From: Fistulifera solaris | Lineage: Eukaryota | DNA: 64,000 nt | Direction: 5' to 3' | Assembly (NCBI GenBank): GCA_030295235.1 | Contig: AP026129.1 | Coordinates: 682,001 to 746,000, forward strand | Shown: positions 35,958 through 46,254 of the stretch, one piece after another | Layout of the letters: each line of letters starts with the position of its first letter | Position numbering within the stretch: position 1 is the stretch's first letter | Program-made: the position numbers and the translations under genes | The notes under the pieces: generated by a model | Databases searched by the model: none | Told to the model about the DNA's origin: nothing | The model's input: only the letters and a program-made list of their open reading frames with translations

Positions 35958-36977
35958 GTTTAATTTGCAGCTACGGAACAACGCGGCGCGTGACGTCAAT
36001 TTGTTGTGTTGCGCCATTTCAGTTATGCGAAGCGAAGCAGCAATTACAATTGAAGAAATAATGAAGCCCCGTGAGCGGTTTGTCAACTTGACGTTTTGTG
36101 ATCACTGCCAAGCTTCCTCTTCCTGGAACCAGGGGAATGGTCTGTGTGCTGTGTGAGGGCTTAGATCGTATGAGAATTTTTGAAAAACGATTGGCACACT
36201 TAGACTGTATATTCAAAAATGTACGAGGTACCAAATACCATAATGATGTAACGATGACCGACAAAAACAAAGGAGGGACTTTTCTCAACGAATGCTACGG
36301 AGTACATGCTTCCGCCAACAACAGCACGCCCAACTATGAGTGACGAGGCCTGAAAACCAATCGCAAATCATAGCGACAATCGTTGGCAATTGTCTCTGGA
36401 ATGAGGCAACAAAATAATGGAAGTATCGTGATTCCGCGTTTTGATTATGACTGAAATCCAGTCTTGGCTCAACGCCGCCCACGTTTGAGTCTACAGTGAA
36501 ACCCTCATGTTTGCGAGGTTTGTCAAAGACGACAAATAAGTATTTTCATCAAACATAGCCTAGAATCATTACCGTTACTTTCGAAAACTGAAAATAAAGT
36601 CTAGTTTAGGGCTACTGCACGAGAAACTAGAATCGCGCGGATCGCCTGCAACGTCTTAGTCCGGGACTCGATTTCGATGCCAATGACGCGAGTCGCGAAT
36701 ACGTCAGTCCGCTGACGCTCCTACATACCGACAGACGATCCACTACAGAAAACACAACACTCGACCTTCCACGTGTGGTCGATCGAACAGGATCGAGTTG
36801 CCAGAGGTTGAAACGAGGAGGATCGATCAAATAATTGTTCAAAAGAAGTTGCCATGGAACCGCATTGTTTGCACTTTCCTTGTTATTCACGACGATTCTA
36901 ACTTCAATTTTTAATCATCTTACCGTATAGGCTGACTAGTCTGCAGTTCTAAGAAGTTTCCGAAAGAATTTGTAGCG

Positions 36978-37878
36978 ATGCAGCGAAGAAGATCCATATT
37001 TGTTTCATTTTTGCTTGTTATACTTTCCACGACGTTGGCTTTTGTTATTTCCCCTCGTGCCTCTCGAAGTAATACCTGCCGTCTGTATGCAGCTGATCCG
37101 CAGAACTTTCGAGAGGCTGAAGTTCTGGGATTGAAATACATGCAAGATGGAGAATATGAGAAGGCACTGAACGGTGAGTGAAATTATCGTGCGTCGGATT
37201 CGCCGGAATCAACAGTAAGGCAATTCAGACTCACAAAGCCCTCCTTGAATTCGTTCCTGACTTCTTGCGAAACGCGTCTCTTTCATTATTGAATATGCAT
37301 ACAACCGGGCTTTCTCACGACACTCAAACAAAAATAACTAAACGATTGACACATACATCCATCATTGCAGCATTTCAAAAGGACTGAAATTACCGGGAAG
37401 CCGCGTGGATGTGGTCAGAACACAGCGCGTGTCGGGTCCGTCGCCAGTCGGTGGTGCAAAGGGAGGTACCAACTCGGAAACGGTGCAATCTTTGGATGAA
37501 TTTGAAATTCAAGCGGCTTATTACAATATGGCTTGTGCACAGGCTCAACTGGAACGATACGACGACGCGTTAGCGTCGTTACGGGTGGCTTTAGAGAATG
37601 GTTTCGACAATCTGGCCACTGTAAGATCCGACCCAGACTTGGCTATTTTACCACAAACAGATGCATCAGCTAAATTTGACGCACTATTGGAAGAATTCGA
37701 ATCCAAAAGCAACAACAACGGAGAAGGGGGCGGTTTCTTTGGCCTGTTTCAATCGAAAAAAAGTAAAACTCTCGCAGTTCGCACCACGCCTTCAGCTCTC
37801 AATAGGCGTTTCCAAGTCCTGCTGGTGTCATCGATGATCACTCGCGCTGAAACATATAGAATCAAAATGCACGCTTGA
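36978..37878 (+). CDS. Plastid-targeted TPR protein (MET1-like TPR domain), 1 intron, frameshift near 37380
   Basis: Signal peptide cleaved before Phe (TLA^FVISP). Intron 37174-37370. AYYNMACAQAQL...ALENGFDNLATVRSDPDL. The true stop may be near 37765 if the terminal A-run is miscalled. Confidence 0.75.
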
Positions 37879-38258
37879 GTGTTCTAATCTAGTCGCCCAC
37901 TCATATAACAGACTATGTCGTAAGCATTAACTATAGGTTTCGTCTCACCATTGCTGACTCGTTTTGTCGTGAAAACTCTATTTTGTATGATGTTTTCACT
38001 TGAACAGAAAAACCTGGAGATGCGGTGTTTTCACATCCCCAGAAATCTGCGCGTGTGATGTTGTCACTCATACAGAAAAACTGGGAGTGTAGTCGCACAG
38101 AAAGTGCACACGCAACACGGAACCAAAAGGGACCTAAGTGACCGAGAAAGCAGGAGACGCCACAACCAATAAAGAAAGCACTCAAGTCCTCGACTTCGAC
38201 AATAGTCTTACGTCTTAAGTAGCTTACATTCACATAAATGTCTTTAGAATTGAAGTAC

Positions 38259-38549
38259 GAGTAACTATACAGCAATGGATGGCATTTCGATTCTCTAAAC
38301 TCTCCCACACTCACTGGCGCGATCGGTTTCCTTGACCTTGGGGACTACGGCGAAGGTGCTTTTGAAGCTATCGATATGGCGACCCAAGAAATGTACGTGA
38401 CGGTAGACCGTTTGCCTGTCACACAAACCTAGGAGGCATGGGAAATTGCGTTTACATCGGTGACTTTGCCGAGCGGTCCCATTTCTTTGATGATTCGGGT
38501 ATTGCAAGAACGCTGGAATATGGAGTCCTTGCGCTTAAAGGTTATTTAA
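38259..38549 (+). pseudogene. Decayed CBM6-like module (cluster remnant)
   Basis: Manual translation: SNYTAMDGI / GAIGFLDLGDY-GEGAFEAIDMATQEMYVTVDRLPVTQT*EAWEIAFTSVTLPSGPISLMIRVLQERWNMESL. It has an internal deletion of about 20 codons and a TAG at 38430-38432. Confidence 0.75.
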
Positions 38550-38706
38550 TTGTAACAAGGGCTAGAGAAGCTATTGCTAATTACATCGAGCAATAACGAA
38601 TATTGTTCGTATACATTCACTACCTGGTATGTGTTTTTATTGTTTTTCTCTATAAGCTGCGACACGGTTTTGATAAAAAGCCTGAAAATTATCATTGGCC
38701 GATTCC

Positions 38707-39488
38707 TTACTTGCGCAAACGTAACAGTAATCCTTTGTTCGATTTGATCTTCTTTTGCAACTGAATCAATCCGTACAAAAGAGCTTCAGCTGTCGGAGGA
38801 CATCCGGGCACGTAAATGTCGACAGGGACAATCCTATCACAGCCACGAACAATGGCGTAACTGTAATGATAATAGCCACCTCCATTCGCACAAGAACCCA
38901 TCGAAACGACCCAACGCGGTTCCGGCATTTGATCGTATACTTTACGTAATGCTGGAGCCATCTTGTTCGTGAGAGTGCCAGCGACAATCATGACATCGGA
39001 TTGACGGGGACTAGCGCGAAACACCATACCAAATCGTTCCATATCGTATCGCGATGCGGCGGCGTGCATCATTTCGACGGCACAGCATGCCAAACCGAAT
39101 GTCATGGGCCACAAACTGCCCTTGCGGGCCCAATTGACTAAATCATCGACTCGAGAAATGGCGTATTCGACGTTGTCTGCGACAGGAACATTGCCACCAC
39201 CAGTGAGCATTTCTTCAACATTGTCGAGTTTTCCCAGCTAAAATAATGATTAAACAGTACATTCAAGTGAAGAAGCAGTTGTAACGAATAAACAAAATGA
39301 TTAAAGGATAAAAATAACATGTTAATGAGCAAGCAGTTGTAACAAATAAGGAAAATCAATCGAAAATCGCAGACACGTACCGCGGAAGTTTGACTTTGTG
39401 CCGTTCCCGCCATGGCACGCGACGCCAAGTAGCACGATCCCTTGCATCGCAAAGATGAGTTTAGCATTAACTTGTGTGCAGCCAACAT
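38707..39488 (-). CDS. NDUFS7: NADH:ubiquinone oxidoreductase PSST/20 kDa subunit, mitochondrial precursor, 1 intron (39238-39380)
   Basis: [47 protein letters not shown]; an N-terminal presequence exon starts at ATG 39488. Confidence 0.97.
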
Positions 39489-39897
39489 GATTGATATTAC
39501 AAATAATAATTGCGTACGATCGCTTTGCTTTGTTGCGTAATGTCGCTGTATCATCGTTGTTGTCGTCGTCGCGGCGGCTGCTTGAAGCGAAGGACGAACG
39601 AATGCAACGTGACTCCTTTTCAATCACGATAATAATAATGTCCTTCTTCCTTCGTGTCTCACTGTCTCACATTAAAACACTGCGTTGGATAGTATCATCC
39701 ACCGCCAATTTCGGCCAATGAACTGTCATGACATGCTACTGTTTTATATGACCCTTTTGTTATCGGTTTCCAAAGGAAGCCCAACCTTGAAATGATAGGC
39801 TTCGGGCGACATGTGCCAATTTCTCGGTCACAATCATCTCCCCTTTTGTTTATTCATTCAATAAAAGAAAAATCATTCTTCGTGAAAGAGAACCACC

Positions 39898-41169
39898 ATG
39901 GCACTGCAACTCTCAGGAAACAATAGACAAGCCATGCTCCAGATCCTTTTGATACTTGCTTTCTGGTGCGCGTCCTCGGCGACAGCGCACAGCGAACGCG
40001 ACTTGAGTTGGGGCTCACACAATGGAATGTTTTATTCGCTCATTTCCGCCACCAATTACGTCGAGTCGACTGGAGAAGTCGAAACAATTACAACATCAGA
40101 TGGTATTCGAGCGGTAGGCTTTCTGGATCCTGGTGATACGATGGGTTATGCGTTGGATGTTCCTATCGCCGGTATGTATTCTTTACTTCTTCACGTTGCC
40201 AGTCCGGCTGGCGAAGGCTCCTTGACTATAGAGAATGCCGAAACAGCGGAAGTCTATGCTACTTTTGACGAATTGCCATCTTCGAGTGGAAATTGGTCGT
40301 ACTATCAAACTACAGGCGAAAATATCACATTACCTCAAGGTCAGCTCGTCTTGCAAGTGAGTGTCCTTGAATCTGGTTTCAACTTAATGTGGCTCAGTCT
40401 CGAACAGCTTGCGGAGGAACCTTTCGTACCGGCCGAGTCCGCTGCACCTGTAGCACCAGTAGCTCCGGTTCCTTCTGAACCGGTTGCCCCAGTTCCGACG
40501 GAGCCAGTTGCTCCAGTTCCGACGGTGCCTGTCACACCTTCTCCCTCACAAACACAGACGACGGCCCCGACTATGGCACAAACACTAGCTCCGACTGTAA
40601 AACAAACTCCAACAACAACCCCCGCCCCTACCATGAAACAAACTCAGGCGCCGACGACTGCTCCAACGATGAAGCAGACTCCAGCTTTGACGGCTGCTCC
40701 GACGGCGTTGACGCTAACTGAAACGAACCCTCCTATTGTTTCGGAACTATCTTTGTACACGGAGCAATGTTTTTCGGCTGGAAACTTCTTGTCGTACCAG
40801 GGATGCGACGAATTGCCACGGGGTGTTGGTTTTGTGGGACCCTTTGTTACTTCAACAATGATTACGTATCCCTTCCAAGTGCCTATCGCAGGAGTATATC
40901 TGCTTCAAATGAGTGTGCAGGGAATGGGAGGAGTGAAGGTGACTTGTGAATCAACTGGAAAGCAATACGCGTACATCGAGTCTCTTCCAATGTATCGTAC
41001 CACGAATACAACTGACGTCTGGTATACCGCGTCCAGCGTCATGTCTTTAGATGTGGGAAGTCACAAGTTGCAAGTCGAAGCTGTAGTAGGAGGATGGAGT
41101 ATCCAAAGCTTGTGCTTGCTTCCTGTAGCATCGCATTTCGTGAGTTGCTCGGTCGATGCAGCACGCTAG
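39898..41169 (+). CDS. Secreted protein with two CBM6-like modules and a Pro/Thr repeat linker (cluster gene C)
   Basis: Signal peptide, then RDL. VGFLDPGDTMGY..PIAGMYSLLLHVASPAGEGS...GNW...GFNLMWL. PVAPVP and TAPTMKQT repeats, then a second module ending GGWSIQSLCL. Confidence 0.85.
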   Translation: MALQLSGNNRQAMLQILLILAFWCASSATAHSERDLSWGSHNGMFYSLISATNYVESTGEVETITTSDGIRAVGFLDPGDTMGYALDVPIAGMYSLLLHVASPAGEGSLTIENAETAEVYATFDELPSSSGNWSYYQTTGENITLPQGQLVLQVSVLESGFNLMWLSLEQLAEEPFVPAESAAPVAPVAPVPSEPVAPVPTEPVAPVPTVPVTPSPSQTQTTAPTMAQTLAPTVKQTPTTTPAPTMKQTQAPTTAPTMKQTPALTAAPTALTLTETNPPIVSELSLYTEQCFSAGNFLSYQGCDELPRGVGFVGPFVTSTMITYPFQVPIAGVYLLQMSVQGMGGVKVTCESTGKQYAYIESLPMYRTTNTTDVWYTASSVMSLDVGSHKLQVEAVVGGWSIQSLCLLPVASHFVSCSVDAAR

Positions 41170-41554
41170 ACGCAAGCTAGAGATACGTGATACGTCACAA
41201 GTCACAAGGAGGTCACAAGAATTTGACCCTCTCGATTCTTTACTGTTAATGATCCTAAATACGGAGTAACTTGTAACTTCTTCTTCTCAAAAGTCATTTA
41301 CTATTTACTGTAGTCATGACGTCATGACTTCAAATCATGATGTACCATGTACCTTTCATCCTTCCTAAAAGCAGTACTGTACTGAGTTCGAGAATTCGAC
41401 GTAATTTTTCCGTCCTCGAAGAATACGAAAACTTAATGCCATAATCATCCACGATCGGCACGCACTCTTTCAATCCACAATCTTTCTTCCACTCATTTGA
41501 TTGTCTATTTTTCCACTCAATTCGAAACTTCTATTTCAAAAATCGATCTAAAGA

Positions 41555-43511
41555 ATGAGGCTTCTAACAACGAGGATAGTGCTGTCGCTCTTTTGCTATG
41601 GAAAAGGGTGATGGCTGTCGAGTGGCATCCACCTTCTCAACAAAGACATGGGCAACTGCGAGGCAGAGAAGAGCGTAAGCTCAGATGGGGACTCCATGAT
41701 GGTCTCTTTTACAATGTCATCTTAGCTGCGAATCACATTTCTGTGCAAGGAGATGTCTCCATTCAAGAATCGTCCTTGGATGAACTTCCGTATGTGGCAT
41801 ACCTTGACGCTGGCGATGTACTCACATGCAGAGCTGTTTTGCAATCAATCGGGAAATATCGGCTGGAACTCCGAATTGTAAGTCCTTCTGGAGAGGGTGG
41901 CACACAACTGCGCAATTTTCAAAACGATACGCAAGTATACCCTTCCCTTGATACAAAGTATGTTGCCCGCCTCAGGCGATTGGAATTCGTGGCAAACAGT
42001 GGAGGCGACATTCAAACTGCTAAGCCTCAAGTTCAATCTCGACTTCGTCGTTGTTGAGGCAGGTCGCAACTTGCTTTGCTTATCCCTTGAACTGCTCGAA
42101 GAAACCGATAGTACCGCAAAGCTAGCAGAGCCTCCTGTCACTGCCCCTACTATTGAGCCACCTCCTACAACCTCTCACATGAATGACACCCGCATAGTGT
42201 CTTTGGGCGCTGGTGAATACACCATTGTCGATGAAGGAGCGCAACTGTCACTCGAAAACATCGCGTTGAAGCTGGATACCAGCTCGTGGGCTGTTTGTAG
42301 TGTTCAAGTTCCAGTAGATGAAAAAGTATCTAAGGCAAATGAGAATGACTCTCACTTCGCCCACGGGATGCAGAAACCAAAGATTTTTACGCAAAAGAAT
42401 CAACAATTGATTCTTGGCGCAATACCAATGCTGCTCTTGTTTTGGAAGCAGGGATGCATGATGTGAAGATCCATATTGTGAAGGATCGTGGACACTATCT
42501 TCTGTATGCCTTGACGGAATCGATTGCGTGAATGTGCACTATCTTGAGTCCATAAACATCAACACTACAGCTCCAACGAATCCAAAGGAAACCGTCCCAA
42601 CTGCGGCACCGATGGTAACAACTGATGAGTCGTCGACAGCCAACATGGCACTAACAAGGCCGGCGACATCAACACCGACTAAAACATCTCCGTAGTCCAA
42701 AAATATGGAAACCATGGCACCAACGACTCCGACAGAAGCTGCGACATCAACACCAGTTGTAATATATTCGGAGTCTAGCAATACAGACACGACGACTTCA
42801 ACGAGCCCAACCGAAGCTGCAACACCAGTCGTAACATCTGCTGAGTCGGACAATACAGGCACCATGTCCCCAACGAGCCCAATCGAAGACCCGCCAACAA
42901 TAGCACCAGCCGTGGTGACCATGAAATCAAGCATTACCAGCACTATGACCCCAACCAGTTCGTTACAACCTTTTTACATCAGCACGACCCCTCGAAGCGC
43001 CAACAAAAGCAACAAACAGTTCGCAGACGGAGGCATCCGTCGCTTCGTCGAATAACATGGCCTCCTTAAAGTCCCAGGAAATCGTCCTGCAGTTTTTAGC
43101 CGACGAAGCATCTTCCATGTACGGAGCTGTTGTAGAAGAGACCAGGTAACGAGAATACAACCTGCATAAGACAGCTCGATGCGTACGATTGGGTCCGCTA
43201 TCCCATGTCGACACTCGTCGGAGGCAATTACACAATGAAAAATCGTGTGTCCACCGCTTCAGGAACCGGCGCCTTCGATTTAATCGATTATGGCACGAGA
43301 ATTACTTTACACTTCGATGGAATGTTTTCCAGCCACAGGGGACGGCAATGGGGAAACCGTCAGTAACCGTGTCACTTTGCCGGAAGACGACGTCCGCTTA
43401 ATGATTCGTGTACGAGAATCCGGGTGGATCTATTCGTGGTTTCGGTTTAGCGAGACTTTTGATTTAGCCCCCGATTTTGAAACCATCTCACATGCAAGCT
43501 TTGTGACCTGA
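41555..43511 (+). pseudogene. Degenerate three-module CBM6-like gene (cluster gene D)
   Basis: Signal start at ATG 41555, RKL motif, VAYLDAGD...SPSGEGG...SGDWNSWQT. It has several frameshifts plus substitution stops (for example TAG at 42693-42695). The last module ends VTLPEDDVRLMIRVRESGWIYSW. Confidence 0.75.
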
Positions 43512-44140
43512 TAAGGGGCGCACATCATTCGACACTCTATTGGAGTTAATGCATGCTTTGAATCGTTGTGCCGGAGTGTTCGATATGGCTTTTGCCACAA
43601 TTCCTTCGTGTCCGCCTTAATGATTATTTCTTCATTATTTGTTGATACCAGGTAGGCGATTGACAATAAAATAAAAGAGAGTTGCGATGGAACGCTTCGC
43701 GTCAAAAACGATCGACATGGATTCGTGACTGAAAGTTAGCCCGATCTCAAATATTGCCTTCCACTTCCGAGAACACTTGGGACTACAAAGTAGACGGCAT
43801 GAGGCATGATTTGCGAGAAAATCCGAAGTACGTAGTACCGGTAATCCCCTACAAAACGGAAACCAGAATTACACGTATAATTTTTTCCGGAGTAATTAGT
43901 AATTGATACTTTGAATCGTAATGGTCCTGTCTTTGGCGTAAACGTACTGTGATAAGTGAGAGGACCTTCATACTTTCTACAAGGTATTCACATTTCACCA
44001 GTCGACTTTGGGCCTAAAATTATTCTACCCCGCAGTACGGTTATGCGAAACGCCTCCATCCTCCATCACCGACATCTCGACATTTCAATCTTCACTTTTC
44101 ACCGCACATATTTCCGAAAAGCCACAAAGGAACACCAATC

Positions 44141-46126
44141 ATGAATAGCAAGAAAAATATGCAAGCGGTCGCATGCCTTTTGCTGTTGGCTGCACTAATA
44201 CCATCATCTCAGGGCTCGACGCTATTTCTACGGCGGCGTTTACAAGAGAGCGCTTGCCAGTTTGGCTGCCTCGAACCGCGGATCGCGTCGATCGCCGGAA
44301 GTGCTTTTGTCGAGCAAAATGGAGGCATCGTAAATGAAATCGAGCATCTTATCACACTGCAAACCAGCGACTGGGTTGTTTACAATGTTACAGTTCCCTC
44401 CGACGGTTTTTACTTGCTGCAAACGCAGCTTTCGTTCGGCAACGGGTCGTCCTTGATCATGGACGATCCTCAATCATCCAAGCAATACGCCACGATTACT
44501 GGAAATCCCACTCATGCCAACAGTATCGTGTCCTTACGATCAGGTATCCAGCAAATAAGACTATATGCGGAACAGGGCCCGATACAAGTGAAATCTCTTC
44601 TTGTCGACATTATCGATTCCATGGACGAACAAGCGAATAACGTTCCTCCGTCAGACCAGGAGCCTGAGATGAATGTTGGCAGTACCGATACCGTGTTGGA
44701 ACTAGTAGAAGTCGCCTCGGATGAGCCATTGTTATTAGAAACGAGTGAAGATGTTGACGGCGACACAAGTGAGCCAGAAAGTTACGATTCTTCCTACGAA
44801 CCCAACAGTGAGATAGAGTCATCACCGGTCATTGAAAATGGAGGCAACTCAAGCGATCCAACAAGTGCATCCAATTTCTCATCTACTCCTGTTTCCTCCC
44901 AACAGCTGAAACAGCCTGCTATTGTTATGATGACTGCGTCCAGCTATTCATCGATGAACGGTGTTGAACTTGATAACGCGACTCACCATGGTCTTCCTTC
45001 CACAAAGCTACTTGATGCAAATGATTCAATATTGTATTCTGTGACTATACCGAAAGCTGGCATTTATGAAATGAAAATGAGCGTTAATAGTCTCGCTGGA
45101 GAAGGTTCTTTTGATTTTGTAGATGAAGTTACGGGAACTTTGTACACCTCTGTCACTGGTTTACCGACTGCAGTTAACGCAACTAGTTGGGACACTGTAT
45201 CAGCGGAAATTAATCTAGCGAGCGGGCCGCAACAATTGAGAATTAATGTAACCGAAGGTGGGTGGTCCTATACGTGGATAAGACTGACAGAAAGATTGGA
45301 TCAGAATAGCACGGGCACTACTGATCAACCAGCAGATCAGACACAGTCCAATACCACGATAGACCTGGCTCAACAGCCTCCACCGCCAGATGATCCATCA
45401 CAAACGGTAACGCCAGCAGATCCAGCGCAAGCGGCATCACCAGCTGACTCAGCACAAGCGGCAACACCAGCTGACCCAGCACAAGCGGCAACACCAGCAA
45501 ATCCAGCGCAAGCAGCAAGCCCAGCTGACCCGGCACAAGCGGCAAGCCCAGCAAATCCAGCGCAAGCAGCAAGCCCAGCTGACCCAGCACAAGCGGCAAG
45601 CCCAGCTGACCCGGCACAACCGGCAAGCCCAGCGGATCCAGCACCAGTAGCAATTCAAGGGGATAGTGGCAAGCCTGCGACTCCTTCTAACCTTTCTCAA
45701 AGTTCAACTGATTTGCAGTCCGCGTCACCTGAACCAGATCCACTTTTAGCAAGCTGTGACGCTGTTATAGAGGCCGCAAAATATACCACAATGTCAGGTA
45801 TCCAAGTACAAGGGTCAACTGAAAGCATGGACAACATTGGATGGTTGGATCCTGGAGATTGGGTCGAATATTCTGTCTCCATTCCGTCAGCGGGCAGCTA
45901 TACCATGGACTTCCGTGTCGCATCGCCTGAAGGCTGGGGAAGTTTTGATGTGCTCAACGGTAGCGCAGCACTGACATCAATCCCAACTCTGCCAAAATCA
46001 AGCGGATGGCAAGACTGGAAGACCGCATCTCGCAAAGTTTCACTGTCATCGGGTCCTACCAATCTTCGTATCAATATCTTGACTGGAGGTTTCAATTTAG
46101 TCTGGATATGCTTGACTCGCGCGTAA
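44141..46126 (+). CDS. Secreted protein with three CBM6-like modules and PADPAQAAS repeats (cluster gene E)
   Basis: Signal peptide, then RRRL. The C-terminal module NIGWLDPGDWVEYSVSIPSAGSYTMDFRVAS...SGWQDWKT...GGFNLVW is a near-consensus CBM6. Confidence 0.88.
   Translation: MNSKKNMQAVACLLLLAALIPSSQGSTLFLRRRLQESACQFGCLEPRIASIAGSAFVEQNGGIVNEIEHLITLQTSDWVVYNVTVPSDGFYLLQTQLSFGNGSSLIMDDPQSSKQYATITGNPTHANSIVSLRSGIQQIRLYAEQGPIQVKSLLVDIIDSMDEQANNVPPSDQEPEMNVGSTDTVLELVEVASDEPLLLETSEDVDGDTSEPESYDSSYEPNSEIESSPVIENGGNSSDPTSASNFSSTPVSSQQLKQPAIVMMTASSYSSMNGVELDNATHHGLPSTKLLDANDSILYSVTIPKAGIYEMKMSVNSLAGEGSFDFVDEVTGTLYTSVTGLPTAVNATSWDTVSAEINLASGPQQLRINVTEGGWSYTWIRLTERLDQNSTGTTDQPADQTQSNTTIDLAQQPPPPDDPSQTVTPADPAQAASPADSAQAATPADPAQAATPANPAQAASPADPAQAASPANPAQAASPADPAQAASPADPAQPASPADPAPVAIQGDSGKPATPSNLSQSSTDLQSASPEPDPLLASCDAVIEAAKYTTMSGIQVQGSTESMDNIGWLDPGDWVEYSVSIPSAGSYTMDFRVASPEGWGSFDVLNGSAALTSIPTLPKSSGWQDWKTASRKVSLSSGPTNLRINILTGGFNLVWICLTRA
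45412..45645 (+). repeat. Coding 27-bp tandem repeat (about 9 copies of PA[DN]PAQAA[ST])
   Basis: ccagctgacccagcacaagcggcaagc-like units repeated in frame. Confidence 0.9.
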
Positions 46127-46254
46127 CATAAGCCAAGCAGATTAATTATTGCGTTGAATCTTCATGTATTTATAACTTGACGGGTGACTTGCGCTCGACT
46201 TTTTCCGTGAAAAAGTGCGTAGCGATTTCTTCCGCTCACACACTGTAACATGTT

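Noticed and set aside
36978..39488. TPR gene and NDUFS7 as functional parts of the CBM6 cluster
   Set aside because: They are ordinary organellar housekeeping genes, and position alone gives no evidence of a link.
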